From Obrimoposthia wandeli (taxonomy: Eukaryota), in assembly GCA_977020255.1 (NCBI GenBank), contig CDROCS010000506.1:186001-250000 (forward strand): a DNA stretch of 64,000 bases, written 5' to 3'. Position 1 is the first letter of the stretch. Each line of letters begins with the position of its first letter. Made by a program: the position numbers and the translations under genes. Shown here piece after piece: positions 29,488 to 40,234 of the stretch. The notes beneath the pieces were generated by a model that saw nothing but the letters and a program-made list of their open reading frames with translations, had not been told where the DNA came from and did no database searches.

Positions 29488-30390
29488 CTATTTTCTGGGT
29501 TTTAATGACCTAAAATTAAGGCTACCAAACACGTTGATTAAAGCGCCGAGAATAATTAGTCCTCCGCCAACCCAGGTCCATAATGAGGGTATTTCGCTAA
29601 ACAATAGCCAGCCAAATATGATTGAAAAAACCACTTGCACATAAGAATAGGCGGTTGCTTTACTTGCGACTTCCGTTTGCATCGCTTTCGTTAATCCGAC
29701 CTGGCCTATCTGCGTAAATATGCCAATCAAGATGAGTAATACCAACGCCTCTACATCCGGCATCACAAAGTTATTACCTAACAAAAACACAGACAAAGGT
29801 AATGCAATAAGTGGAAAATAAAATATAATCACCGAGCTGTCTTCAGTACTGCTAAGGCGCTTAACAATCACATACGCAATCGCACTGCCTAAAGCCCCCA
29901 TTAGCGCAACAAAAACGCTAAATAAAGGTAACTCAGTCGCCCCTGACAATGCCATATTTGGACTAACAATAAACAGTAACCCGACGATACAAAACACAAT
30001 GCAAACGATAGTTGAGCGTTGAATTCGTTCTTTAAGAAAGACTAAGGCAAGTATAGCGGTAAATACGGGGTGTAAATATTGTAAAATGGTGGCTTCGGCT
30101 AAAGGTAACGTGGTGACCGCGAAGTAAACACATATTAGCGCAACGGATCCCACAGCACCGCGCGCGAACAGTAATTTTTTATTGTTACCCCACACAGATA
30201 TGCGTTTTCGACGTACATCCACATAGCTAATAATCAATGACACAATAGCTCTGACCGCTACAATTTCAAAAACAGGAATGCCATGCGTACTGACTAATTT
30301 AACGCAGGCCGTCATAATCGCAAAAGCCAATGCAGACATCAGCATGAACCTGACGCCAACAGGGATATCGTGTATAAATTGAATATTCAT
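29488..30390 (-). CDS. DMT/EamA family transporter
   Basis: 10 TM in two EamA repeats. Confidence 0.88.
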   Translation of the reverse strand: MNIQFIHDIPVGVRFMLMSALAFAIMTACVKLVSTHGIPVFEIVAVRAIVSLIISYVDVRRKRISVWGNNKKLLFARGAVGSVALICVYFAVTTLPLAEATILQYLHPVFTAILALVFLKERIQRSTIVCIVFCIVGLLFIVSPNMALSGATELPLFSVFVALMGALGSAIAYVIVKRLSSTEDSSVIIFYFPLIALPLSVFLLGNNFVMPDVEALVLLILIGIFTQIGQVGLTKAMQTEVASKATAYSYVQVVFSIIFGWLLFSEIPSLWTWVGGGLIILGALINVFGSLNFRSLKPRK

Positions 30391-30467
30391 AGTAAGTGGT
30401 TAACTTTAAATGATTAGAATGATGATCCTATAAGACTAATCATCTAAATGAAAGTAGTTTCAGGTAG

Positions 30468-30797
30468 TTATCTAGCAGCATTAATGGTATCAATGTAGTC
30501 GCACCATTGTGCTGAATTACGCGTTGGTAGGCTTGAGTCACCGCGAATACCTAACTTGAATTCAATAACAGAACGCCATTCTGACGAACCTAAATCAGGT
30601 CCATGCCCTTGCCCATCACCTGTCACTAATTGACGGTCTATTTTAGTAAACCATTCGTTCGAACAGGCTTGCGGTTTAACATCGTCAATAACCGGGCTAA
30701 CACTTACGCCCGAAGTCGGACTCTGCTCTGCCCCTGAACATCCGATGACAACCGCACTCACTGTTGCTATCACCATTAATTTTATTACTTTAATCAT
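30468..30797 (-). CDS. Hypothetical lipoprotein
   Basis: Lipobox VIG-C; two further Cys. Confidence 0.65.
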   Translation of the reverse strand: MIKVIKLMVIATVSAVVIGCSGAEQSPTSGVSVSPVIDDVKPQACSNEWFTKIDRQLVTGDGQGHGPDLGSSEWRSVIEFKLGIRGDSSLPTRNSAQWCDYIDTINAAR

Positions 30798-30933
30798 AAT
30801 AACTTCCTTATCAAAACTACATTTTAGGATCAACTATCTTGAAAAACACCGTATACTGCAGCGATTAAACGAATACTCACGTTAGTAACGACATAAGTTA
30901 CTACCGACATTAATACAAAGATGGTGCAACACA

Positions 30934-31425
30934 ATGATTATTTTTACCACAAACTTAGGTGACATCGAAATTGAGCTCAATACAGAGCGAGCGCCTGTCA
31001 CCTCAAAAAACTTCATCCGCTATTGCAAAGAAGGTTTTTATGAAGGCACTATTTTCCATCGTGTGATTAAAGATTTCATGATCCAAGGTGGCGGTTTTAC
31101 TGAAAAGATGCAAGAAAAACCAACCCGCCCAGCGATTGCTAACGAAGCGAATCGAGGCCTTAAAAACGTCATTGGTAGTCTAGCAATGGCGCGCACTGAT
31201 TCGCCACACTCTGCAACGGCTCAGTTCTTTATCAACTTAGATGATAATGACTTTTTGGATCATACCGCGACCACAAACGCAGGTTGGGGTTATACGGTAT
31301 TCGGTGAAGTATCTGCTGGTATGGATGTGGTGAACATGATCGCGTGTTCACGAACGGCGACAGTAAAAGGCCACGAAGATGTGCCGAGTGAAGCGATTGT
31401 TATTAAAAAAATAACGATAAAATAA
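30934..31425 (+). CDS. Cyclophilin-type peptidyl-prolyl isomerase
   Basis: FHRVIKDFMIQGGG, AMART, SATAQFFIN. Confidence 0.95.
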   Translation: MIIFTTNLGDIEIELNTERAPVTSKNFIRYCKEGFYEGTIFHRVIKDFMIQGGGFTEKMQEKPTRPAIANEANRGLKNVIGSLAMARTDSPHSATAQFFINLDDNDFLDHTATTNAGWGYTVFGEVSAGMDVVNMIACSRTATVKGHEDVPSEAIVIKKITIK

Positions 31426-31448
31426 CTGCGCTTGTAAATAATCATAAT

Positions 31449-31477
31449 GGATGCCATAAATAATACATGGCATCCTT
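31449..31477 (+). terminator. Probable terminator after cyclophilin gene
   Basis: GGATGCCA...TGGCATCC followed by TTT. Confidence 0.5.
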
Positions 31478-31674
31478 TCATGATCATTTAGAATCGATAC
31501 AAGCTGCTGGTTTTAATATACGTATTGTCGACGCAGGATTATCCCTTAATGCATCGACAGGTCGAATCGGTCTAGCAACCAGATTACCTGCACAAAACAC
31601 ACTCATCATTTATCAGCACAAATAGCAGGTACAAAACGCATCTAGAGGGCTAACATTAACATATCCTTACAATT

Positions 31675-32169
31675 TTAGAATACTTCCTTCACTTGAAATT
31701 GGCATAACTCACTAAGAACTCTAATTTGTTGGTAATCACCAACCTCTTCCAGTGAGGCGCCAGGCGTATACCAAATCGCATTCAAGCCAGCCTCAACAGC
31801 GGGTATGATGTCACGATGTAGCATATCGCCAACCATGGTGACTTCGCAGGCCTCAACACCAAGCGCTTGCACTACCGCTTGATAATAAGCAGCGGTTCCT
31901 TTACCGATGCCGAGGTTTGATTGGCAAAAAAATGCCAATATATATCCATCAAGTCCAACACGTTCAAATGCCGCTTTAATATCTGCTTCACTAGAATCTG
32001 CAGCACCTGTTGCCACGTAAAGCTGACAACCCTGTTGTGACAATAAAGCGAGCGTATCATGTGCACCAGTGATGGCTTCAACATGTTCCCAGTTGCACAT
32101 TTTACCTTTCATCTCAGGCGGGTTCACCATCAATGTTCCGCCCCAGTCAAACAGATAAATCTTAGCCAT
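31675..32169 (-). CDS. HAD family hydrolase
   Basis: YLFDWGGT motif I, MVGD, AGL. Confidence 0.8.
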   Translation of the reverse strand: MAKIYLFDWGGTLMVNPPEMKGKMCNWEHVEAITGAHDTLALLSQQGCQLYVATGAADSSEADIKAAFERVGLDGYILAFFCQSNLGIGKGTAAYYQAVVQALGVEACEVTMVGDMLHRDIIPAVEAGLNAIWYTPGASLEEVGDYQQIRVLSELCQFQVKEVF

Positions 32170-32229
32170 CCTGTACTCCTTTACATTTTATCTTTAAAAC
32201 TCATGTCGTTATTGTTAGCTATCTAGTCG

Positions 32230-32862
32230 CTACTTCTGTGTCAGTACCAGAGAGCTGAAATATATCATCGCAGTACCTGAAATCCTCTGAATCCAATTGC
32301 CCATTTTAGTATTTTTAGCAGATGATTTTATTTTTTCTATTGCTAACGTAACGCCCAAAAACCACATAAAGATGATGCTGGCATGAATGGCCACTAACGA
32401 GAATGCATTAAAATACGAGAAATTGTCGGGCGATATAAATTGCGGGAAAGCCGCCAAGTAAAACATCGACACTTTGGGATTAAGGATCTGTGTTATGAAT
32501 CCTTCATTAAAATAACCAAGACCTTGCTTTTGAGGTTTAGTGACTTCATTCGTTTTAGTATCAGTGCCTGTGGTTTTGTACGAATTAATAATCGCTTTTA
32601 CGCCAATATAAAACAAATACCCAGCACCCAGTACTTTAATGATAAAAAACAGTTCTGCTGATTGCATCAATAGCGCCGAAAATCCGAAAATAGACAGCGC
32701 ACCATGAAAGAAAGTAGCCGTTGTTAACCCGAATATATTCAGGATTGAAGCTCTTTGTCCCTGTGATGATGCAGTTTTTAAAATTAACACGCCATTTGGA
32801 CCTGGTGATACTACTAAAAGTAACGCGATTAAACTAAACGCTAATATGTCATTCACTATCAT
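32230..32862 (-). CDS. LysE family translocator
   Basis: SPGPN, GYLFYIG, ILNPKV. Confidence 0.9.
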   Translation of the reverse strand: MIVNDILAFSLIALLLVVSPGPNGVLILKTASSQGQRASILNIFGLTTATFFHGALSIFGFSALLMQSAELFFIIKVLGAGYLFYIGVKAIINSYKTTGTDTKTNEVTKPQKQGLGYFNEGFITQILNPKVSMFYLAAFPQFISPDNFSYFNAFSLVAIHASIIFMWFLGVTLAIEKIKSSAKNTKMGNWIQRISGTAMIYFSSLVLTQK

Positions 32863-32911
32863 TCACTCCTTTTTTAATGATAATAAACACACTTTGAAGT
32901 TCAGTGTCAAT

Positions 32912-33412
32912 TTAGCTGATGATATTGAATCGCGCCATGTGATAAACATTCACATATTGGCCATTTCTAAACGCAAACGCTTTCGACTCACCTTCAATAA
33001 CAAAACCAAATTTTTCATACAGGGCAATAGCAGAGTGATTGTCGGTATAAACGGTGAGTTCAATACGCATGATATTAAGCCAGTTATCAGCCAATTCAAT
33101 AATATTCGTGAGTAAGGCACTGCCAACACCCTTACCTTGGTAATGATCTTTAACCCCCATACCAAATGAACCAACGTGACGCCTGCGCATGTTACTGCAT
33201 ATTTCAAAACCGAGATGACCGACAATTTCGCCATTAATTTCAGCGACAAATGAATAGGCGTTAGCAGGTGCACTGGCCATACGTTCTGACCATCTATTCC
33301 CAGACGGTTTAGGGAGTTGCAGTGTACTACTATACGCATTTTCACATGCATAAATATCACGAATAGCCAATGCATCTTCGGGTTCTGAGTGTCTTACTTT
33401 AATTTCTTCCAT
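32912..33412 (-). CDS. GNAT acetyltransferase (YhhY/AaaT-like)
   Basis: YQGKGVGS acetyl-CoA motif, RIELTV, ALYEKFGF. Confidence 0.88.
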   Translation of the reverse strand: MEEIKVRHSEPEDALAIRDIYACENAYSSTLQLPKPSGNRWSERMASAPANAYSFVAEINGEIVGHLGFEICSNMRRRHVGSFGMGVKDHYQGKGVGSALLTNIIELADNWLNIMRIELTVYTDNHSAIALYEKFGFVIEGESKAFAFRNGQYVNVYHMARFNIIS

Positions 33413-33451
33413 GTTATGCGACTCCGCTACAACTCAATGCTAAAGACTAAA

Positions 33452-34087
33452 TTAATTTTCTACATACTGACTTACTAAATCAGCCATTGCTAACGATTCA
33501 AAACCGCCTTCTTCCACCAGCCCAGAAATAACCCCTAATTGATTTTCATGCGGCTGATTTTGACTTACTTTCCATTGACCCGTTATTGACACGATTTCCA
33601 GTTCCAAACCAACAATAGCAGGTAACATTTTTTGAATATATTCTGACGGTGCATCGTTGATAGACCAAGGGTTTGGCTGACCAGCTTCATGCTGATCACT
33701 GAGTTTAGTTATGTGGCTTAAAATCCAGGCATCATCATGAATACACTTCAGTGAACCTTTTACATGCACAGCAACATAATTCCATGTTGGTACTGCTCTG
33801 CCCGTTCTTTGCTTAGTTGGATAATGGTTTGGAGAGATATAGCCATTGGGGCCACTAAAAACGAGTAACACGTCGGCGTTATCATTTAATGTTTTCCATA
33901 CTTTATTGGCTTTGGCCACATGCCCTTGCAGTACATCCGAACCCAGAGAGTTGTCGAATATAAAGGGTATGTGGTTAGCCTCTAAACCAGCGTCTGAATA
34001 ACTGATTAATGTCGCCAGTGGATATTTCACAATAAGGGCTTTTAACTTATCGCTATCTGCCTGTTTAAACGTCCTTGGGATATGCAT
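33452..34087 (-). CDS. FMN-binding PaiB-like protein
   Basis: GHVAKAN, YISP, VPTWNY, WKVSQN. Confidence 0.88.
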   Translation of the reverse strand: MHIPRTFKQADSDKLKALIVKYPLATLISYSDAGLEANHIPFIFDNSLGSDVLQGHVAKANKVWKTLNDNADVLLVFSGPNGYISPNHYPTKQRTGRAVPTWNYVAVHVKGSLKCIHDDAWILSHITKLSDQHEAGQPNPWSINDAPSEYIQKMLPAIVGLELEIVSITGQWKVSQNQPHENQLGVISGLVEEGGFESLAMADLVSQYVEN

Positions 34088-34100
34088 TATCTTTCCTTAA

Positions 34101-34475
34101 TCATCCTGAAGTCAAAGTTTGACTTGGAAACGATATTTCCAAAACCACGCATTCTTGTTCACAAATAAACGGCCCATGAACTTCACCCGGTGGGCGGCTG
34201 GCATAATCCCCTGCTTCTAGCCAAACATCAAAAGCTGCATCAAAAAGCCGACCCGATATTATGTATATTTCTTCCGGGTATTCATGAGACTTACCACCAA
34301 ACATTGACGTATCAGCGCCCTCTTTGAACCGCGTTAAACGAGTATAATCTCCCGAGACAGGGTCCATCGATAACGTGAGCTGTTCAAGCTCACCATTTGT
34401 GTCCGCAATGACACTCCATTGATTTTTACTCGTCGATGCTAACGTATTCCAATACTCAATTGTGCTTTTACTCAT
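34101..34475 (-). CDS. Cupin (ChrR-like) protein
   Basis: HEYPEEIYIISG, RPPGEVHGPF. Confidence 0.8.
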   Translation of the reverse strand: MSKSTIEYWNTLASTSKNQWSVIADTNGELEQLTLSMDPVSGDYTRLTRFKEGADTSMFGGKSHEYPEEIYIISGRLFDAAFDVWLEAGDYASRPPGEVHGPFICEQECVVLEISFPSQTLTSG

Positions 34476-34871
34476 GACTGTCCTTGTCTATTCGTGATTT
34501 AAAACTAAACAATACATTCAAAAATACAGGTCATAAACCCAGTAAGCAATGGTTATAATTTAGTTCAATGAACGACATTACCAATAATACACTGTTGGTA
34601 ACATACAAAAGTTAGAAAACCTCGCAAGTTCATCCCTTAACACTTCTCGGTCTTATTTATTACGTCTTGAGGTCTGGAATATTGATGAAAATCAGTGAGA
34701 ACAAAATAATCTAGCTAGAAAATACTTAATAATGATTGTGTCCCAAGGCGCCAAAATTTCGCTCACTTACCACTCCAGAAGTACTCGTACACCAAAGTAA
34801 AATCAAAACTTCGTATGCTTTACCACAACGTATCAGTCAAATAGACAAAAATTTACTCTAGAATGCCAAAT

Positions 34872-35267
34872 TTATTCTTTATCAAAACTGTCCACGACAA
34901 TAGCACCCATTGACGCTGGCATTGTAATGACAATAATGCGTTTCAACGATACAATTGGATCACCTGCTAGCGGTAACTTGTCTAAACAAAAAAGCACCAG
35001 TGCAACGACTAATGCTGTGATTAAATAAGCAATCACAATTCGGAATACAAAAACTAATTTTCTCGATTTAATGTCTCGTTGGAAAACACTTTGGTAGGTA
35101 AACAGAGTGAGAAATATGACTGACAATGAAAACAGCATAAACAAATTAGCAAAAGGTAATGTCTCGCCTAACTTCCATGCTTCTTCAGAAAATGAAATGG
35201 GTACCGCCAACGCAAACGCGCCAACAAAAATTTGACTGGCATCTTCGAAGTTAAAACTAAATTTCAT
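34872..35267 (-). CDS. DUF2391-type membrane protein
   Basis: QIFVGAFALAVP...EEAW; PASMGAIVVD. Confidence 0.7.
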   Translation of the reverse strand: MKFSFNFEDASQIFVGAFALAVPISFSEEAWKLGETLPFANLFMLFSLSVIFLTLFTYQSVFQRDIKSRKLVFVFRIVIAYLITALVVALVLFCLDKLPLAGDPIVSLKRIIVITMPASMGAIVVDSFDKE

Positions 35268-35293
35268 TGTTGTTCCCCACTAAGTCACCGAAA

Positions 35294-35680
35294 TTAAAAT
35301 ATCTGTTGTTTAAAGCCTAGCTCATCCCTGATACCAACACGATTACCGTCTGGGTCGGTTATATTTATCACGACTCCCCAATCATTCTCTACTATCTGCG
35401 CATCAATACCATAGTCACGTACAGAGTGAAGCGCTGACTGAATATCGGCAACATTGAACCTCAACTTAGTCGCGTTTTCACTAATTGATTTACCGGCCGT
35501 ATTCGCCACACCTTCGGTTTCAATCATTAAATAGATTGCACCATATTCTAAACAAGTGAGTTTAAAGTCACCTTCAATTTTATAAAATAATACCGGTAAA
35601 CCAAATAAATCGCGATAGAAGGCAACGCACTCGTCAAAGTGTTCAACGTTTAATATAATGCCGTGTCGTTGTATTTCCAT
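35294..35680 (-). CDS. VOC/glyoxalase family protein
   Basis: FYRDLFG, DPDGNRV. Confidence 0.85.
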   Translation of the reverse strand: MEIQRHGIILNVEHFDECVAFYRDLFGLPVLFYKIEGDFKLTCLEYGAIYLMIETEGVANTAGKSISENATKLRFNVADIQSALHSVRDYGIDAQIVENDWGVVINITDPDGNRVGIRDELGFKQQIF

Positions 35681-35700
35681 AAATTCCTCTTAACTGGTCA

Positions 35701-36120
35701 CTATTTTGATTTCTCATCGAGATGCTGCGTAAAGCGTAACAAATATCCATCGGGATCTTGAACCAAAAACTCACGTTCTCCGGATAGCTTATCGCCAATG
35801 TCATACCATGCTTCTTTAACATCTCGGTAAAGTGGTATTTGACTGCTTTGAAGTCGTGTTAATAACGGCTCAATGTCCGGTAGTTCAATTTGAAAATTAA
35901 TACCGCGACCAAATGGAGCAAGCAATTCACCCGTATTCCATGCACTCGATGACACTTGTTCTAACATTAATTGAACTTGACCTTGTTCGAGATAAACAAA
36001 ATCAGGATCATCGCGTCGAATCCTTATCGCGAATCCAAGTAAGCGAGTATAAAAATCCAGTGATTTTTCAAAATCACTTACCATTAATTCGGGAACCATT
36101 GGGTTCCAATATTCAGTCAT
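35701..36120 (-). CDS. VOC/bleomycin-resistance-like protein
   Basis: VPELMVSD, FYTRLLGF, REFLVQDPDGYLLRF. Confidence 0.88.
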   Translation of the reverse strand: MTEYWNPMVPELMVSDFEKSLDFYTRLLGFAIRIRRDDPDFVYLEQGQVQLMLEQVSSSAWNTGELLAPFGRGINFQIELPDIEPLLTRLQSSQIPLYRDVKEAWYDIGDKLSGEREFLVQDPDGYLLRFTQHLDEKSK

Positions 36121-36186
36121 GCTGTAAATTCCTTTTACATATACATTATTGTTACTTCAATTACGATTATCGAATTTTATCGAAAA

Positions 36187-36582
36187 CTACCTATCAGTAG
36201 GATGGTTCACGCCATCATTAGTAACTACATCACCTAAGTCAAAGGGATTTACACCTTCTAAACAGCCGATATTAAAGCCATATTCATGCGGATTAGAACG
36301 TCGTTGATGATGGGTATAAATTCCACAGTTCGAACAGAAAAAATGTTGCGCCGTATCGGTATTAAATTGATATAACTTGAGAAACTCTTTGCCTTTTACA
36401 ACTCGAATGCCATCGAGATTAACTGAACCTACGATAGCCCCTTTTCGACGACAAATGGAACAGTCACAACGTCGAGGGTTTTCAATACCATTTGGTAATG
36501 ATAATTCAAGTTCAACAGCGCCACAATGACAGCTTGCTTTGTGCTTAGCTTGGATCAGAGTCTTTCCAACTTGTTTCAACAT
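36187..36582 (-). CDS. GFA/CENP-V family protein
   Basis: SCHCGAV, CDCSIC, FCSNCG. Confidence 0.9.
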   Translation of the reverse strand: MLKQVGKTLIQAKHKASCHCGAVELELSLPNGIENPRRCDCSICRRKGAIVGSVNLDGIRVVKGKEFLKLYQFNTDTAQHFFCSNCGIYTHHQRRSNPHEYGFNIGCLEGVNPFDLGDVVTNDGVNHPTDR

Positions 36583-36718
36583 ACTTAAAATCCCTTTTTA
36601 TAAATATCCCAACAATCGTAATGTATCCAGTGCCTTAGTATATGCAGTAATCACGTTCCACTTGGCTGTACGGGCTTTAAATCGCTCATATCATAATAGA
36701 GCCGCCATATCTCGAGTA

Positions 36719-37198
36719 TTAGATTTCGAGCATCATACAAAGTTCATTTTCAGTCCTCACAGCCATCGAGTCCTCGATTTTAAAACCGGACTTCTCGTAA
36801 GTTCTGATCGCACTTTGATTATCAGGGTAAACATCAAGCTTAAGCGTAGTGACTTGAAACTCTGTGGAAGCGTACTTTTGCGCTAATGAAAGTAAGTTCA
36901 CGCCAATACTATTACCACGATAGCTGGATTCAACATACATTTGAGTAATGTCTGCTGTATCAGTCGATTGAGGTGTAACACCACATAAACCGACTAACTT
37001 ACTGCCATCAAATGCACCTAGCATAATATGATTTTCACAGCTCTCTTCAATTAATCTTTCAAAATAGAGTGTCTGAAGATTAACTTGTTCTAGGTACTTT
37101 GAACCAAAACAGTCAGGGTGTAACTTAAGACTGTCTAAACGTACTTTGCGATATTGTAAGCTGTCCTCGGCTATCAAGGCTCTATATTTAATGTCCAT
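36719..37198 (-). CDS. GNAT acetyltransferase
   Basis: YVESSYRGNSIG, YEKSGF; start after GAGGG RBS (track start 37240). Confidence 0.82.
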   Translation of the reverse strand: MDIKYRALIAEDSLQYRKVRLDSLKLHPDCFGSKYLEQVNLQTLYFERLIEESCENHIMLGAFDGSKLVGLCGVTPQSTDTADITQMYVESSYRGNSIGVNLLSLAQKYASTEFQVTTLKLDVYPDNQSAIRTYEKSGFKIEDSMAVRTENELCMMLEI

Positions 37199-37900
37199 AT
37201 TGCCCTCTATCAACTGATTTTTTAGCGAGTAATAATCCATGATTACTTGACCCTAGCAGAGACGGTTCATCACAAATCTTAAGATGATAACGCAACCATG
37301 TTTTATATTGCTCTGGCGTAAAGTTATTAACACCAGATGAAATATATCGATTAAACCCATCAGTGGCTACATGCCGTAATTGAGTAAAACCATGTTCGCT
37401 AACAAGACCTTCCATTTCTGCGGGTGTGGAAAAGTACCCCACGTTAAAAAAACTATCCGCGAGCGGGCTTGGAATCAAACCTATTTCTAAAAGTGTGGAT
37501 AGGATCTCCGGTGTAACCAATTTCGGATAATGCTGAGCAAACATACCAGCAACGAAATGACGTGAAATGTAAGCAACCGCTAACACTCCATTCGGTTTTA
37601 AAATTCGGTAAGCCTCTGAAATGGCCTGGTCACGTTGCGCTTGATTGCCAAGCATAACGCAAAGGTAATCCCTGCATTATCGGTACTGAACGACATCATT
37701 AATTGAAAGTGTTAAACCTCCTTTTTAAGAATCTTGATTTCCGGAACCAACTCCACGGCTGTTGTATCCTCTATAGAGAATAACGTCCTGTAGCAGCGCC
37801 AAGTTCAATGACTTTTACTCTATACGCTTTTCCATCGTGGTATGTGAGTAAGACGGCTATCTTCATTAGCATCTGTATATTGCGCGATTAACCCCTGCAT
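37188..37900 (-). pseudogene. Class I SAM-dependent methyltransferase, disrupted
   Basis: GGAGG-ATG at 37900; motif I IELGAATGRY followed by a stop; indels ~37620-37850; intact C-terminal part LKPNGVLAVAYI...HGL. Confidence 0.75.
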
Positions 37901-37968
37901 TAAAGCCTCCTTTTTAAAATCCGTTACATCTATAGAATTAATATTATTTTGATGACGTGAATGACCCC

Positions 37969-38700
37969 TTACTTACCGCCTGCAATATCGATAAATGAAC
38001 CCGTAACATACGAGGCTTCATCAGATAACAACCACGCGATAGCATTAGCGACTTCTTCAGGCTTGCCGCCACGCTGTAAGGGGATTTGCGAGCTTAACCT
38101 TTCGACACGATTTGGTTCACCACCATCGGCGTGCATGTCGGTATGAATAAAACCGGGACGAACACAATTAACCCGAATGCCATCGGCAGCGACTTCGAGT
38201 GATAAACCTTTGGTTAACGTATCCATTGCGCCTTTAGAGGCGGCATAATCTATGTATTCGTTTGGCGCACCACTTCTTGATGCTGCAGAGGATACATTAA
38301 CAATAGCGCCACCAGCGTGCATTCGTTTAACCGCTTCTCTGCAACATAGAAAACAGCTGTTAACGTTGGTAGACATGACTTTATTAAAGCGTTCTAAACT
38401 TAAATCAACCAAACGTGATTGCGGGAATAAAATACCGGCGTTGTTGACTAAATGCGTGATGTTACCGAATCGTTTTTCAGTCGCCTCGAACAATTTAATC
38501 ACGTCACTTTCATTAGAAACATCTGCAGCAAAGGCAAACGCTCGACCACCAAGCGCTGTAATTTGAGATACTACAGATTCAGCGTCTGCCACCCTAGAAT
38601 GATAATTAACGCAAACAGCATAACCTTTTGAGGCTAACAATTTTGATGTGGCAGCGCCGATTCCTCGGCTACCGCCAGTAACAATGACAACTTTACTCAT
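37969..38700 (-). CDS. SDR oxidoreductase
   Basis: TGGSRGIG, NNAG, YAASK, NCVRPG. Confidence 0.92.
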   Translation of the reverse strand: MSKVVIVTGGSRGIGAATSKLLASKGYAVCVNYHSRVADAESVVSQITALGGRAFAFAADVSNESDVIKLFEATEKRFGNITHLVNNAGILFPQSRLVDLSLERFNKVMSTNVNSCFLCCREAVKRMHAGGAIVNVSSAASRSGAPNEYIDYAASKGAMDTLTKGLSLEVAADGIRVNCVRPGFIHTDMHADGGEPNRVERLSSQIPLQRGGKPEEVANAIAWLLSDEASYVTGSFIDIAGGK

Positions 38701-38709
38701 GTAAATCCT

Positions 38710-39162
38710 TTACTGTGTAAGTCTAATTTCCATTTTATAGTATGGAATACCTGATTTAATAAATGGCTCACCCAAAGTTTGCATACCAAATCGTTGATAG
38801 AAACTCACTGCACTTTCACGCGCATCACACCAAAAATAATTTATACCGATTACGTTTAATGCTTTCATAATATGAGCAATAACCTGAGAACCGATGCCCT
38901 TATTTTGAAAGTGAGGCAGCGTAGCGAATTTACGGAGCCTTGCTGTTTTACCCTCAATATAAATCGACGCGACACTCACTAATTCGCCATCGATATAAGC
39001 ACCGTAATGAGTGGCCGTTTCATCTCCATCTACTTTACAAAACAAAGGCGGTTTACTTGGCCACAATACTCGGTGTCGTATGGGTAAAGCGTCTTCCCAT
39101 TGAATCGTTTGTATATTCATATTGGCGTCATTTAATGGGCTGTCAGCTTCTAAAATATCCAT
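38710..39162 (-). CDS. GNAT acetyltransferase
   Basis: RLRKFAT, FQNKGIGS, WCDAR, FYQRFG. Confidence 0.85.
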   Translation of the reverse strand: MDILEADSPLNDANMNIQTIQWEDALPIRHRVLWPSKPPLFCKVDGDETATHYGAYIDGELVSVASIYIEGKTARLRKFATLPHFQNKGIGSQVIAHIMKALNVIGINYFWCDARESAVSFYQRFGMQTLGEPFIKSGIPYYKMEIRLTQ

Positions 39163-39217
39163 TTACTTTCCCTTTAGGTCAAATTCCTTACTTAAAGTAG
39201 TTTGTTGAACACAACAT

Positions 39218-39694
39218 CTATTTATAGATATTATGTTCGAGCTTTAAACGTTCAAGTAATTGATGTCTATTGATTTTTAGATTTAGTACGCCTTTATTTC
39301 TACCTGCTTCTTTAAAACCAAGTGAAAAATACTGCTCTTTAGCGACATTATTGTCGAATACACGGCATAACACTTGCGCGTTTTCATCAAAGTTGGCTTG
39401 TTCTTTTGTTAGCACTGCTTTTAACAAACGAAACCCACACAAGCCGTTTTGGTATTCTCGAGATATTTGAAGTGAATGGATCATTTGATTGTTGACTGAC
39501 ACATCATAAGCAATAAACCCAATAATATGACGTCCATATTCGCCAACTAATACCGACTTAGACATGTAATGTTTAATGATCGACTCTCGATTCCAATCCA
39601 GCCCTAACTCTTCTTGCATTGAAAACATGTTGTCTTCTATCAATTGATAGATATGCTCCCAATCTAAACTAGCGACTTGTCTTATCTTCATCAT
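39218..39694 (-). CDS. Divergent GNAT-fold protein
   Basis: IHSLQISREYQNGLCG, YFSLGF. Confidence 0.65.
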   Translation of the reverse strand: MMKIRQVASLDWEHIYQLIEDNMFSMQEELGLDWNRESIIKHYMSKSVLVGEYGRHIIGFIAYDVSVNNQMIHSLQISREYQNGLCGFRLLKAVLTKEQANFDENAQVLCRVFDNNVAKEQYFSLGFKEAGRNKGVLNLKINRHQLLERLKLEHNIYK

Positions 39695-39741
39695 TACATC
39701 CTTGTTTGAACATACGGTTTACCACTATTTACTGGACGCGG

Positions 39742-40206
39742 CTAAATAAATTTTTCCATGACAAAATTTGTTAACTTCTGCCCTCTGACTTCTATTAACT
39801 GCTCTTTGGCTAACGTAAACCCGCAATGTTCATAGAACGGGCGAGCGGTGATACTCACGTTTGAATAATATTTCATGACTCCCGCTTTCTCCCCAACAGA
39901 AAAAACGTGATTCATTAACGTCCTGCCGACACCTTGCCCTTGATATTCGAAATGACAAAAGAAATGATCGATCAATCCATCATCTTGTAGGTCAGTATAC
40001 CCAACGATAACGCCATCAATTTCAGCAACGAATGGTGATAATCTTGTCATTACTTTTTTCCAGACCTCAAAATCAAATGAATCAGGTGCCCATGCTTCAA
40101 CCTGCACTTTAGAGTAGTCACGGGCATTGATATGGCGAACAGTATTAAAAAATATATCCCATAACGCTTTAGCGTCACTGTCTATGTAGTTCCGAATGAT
40201 TATCAC
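39742..40206 (-). CDS. GNAT acetyltransferase (YafP-like)
   Basis: YQGQGVG, SITARPFYE. Confidence 0.85.
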   Translation of the reverse strand: MIIIRNYIDSDAKALWDIFFNTVRHINARDYSKVQVEAWAPDSFDFEVWKKVMTRLSPFVAEIDGVIVGYTDLQDDGLIDHFFCHFEYQGQGVGRTLMNHVFSVGEKAGVMKYYSNVSITARPFYEHCGFTLAKEQLIEVRGQKLTNFVMEKFI

Positions 40207-40234
40207 TGTAATCTCGCTTCTTGAAATTTAACGT

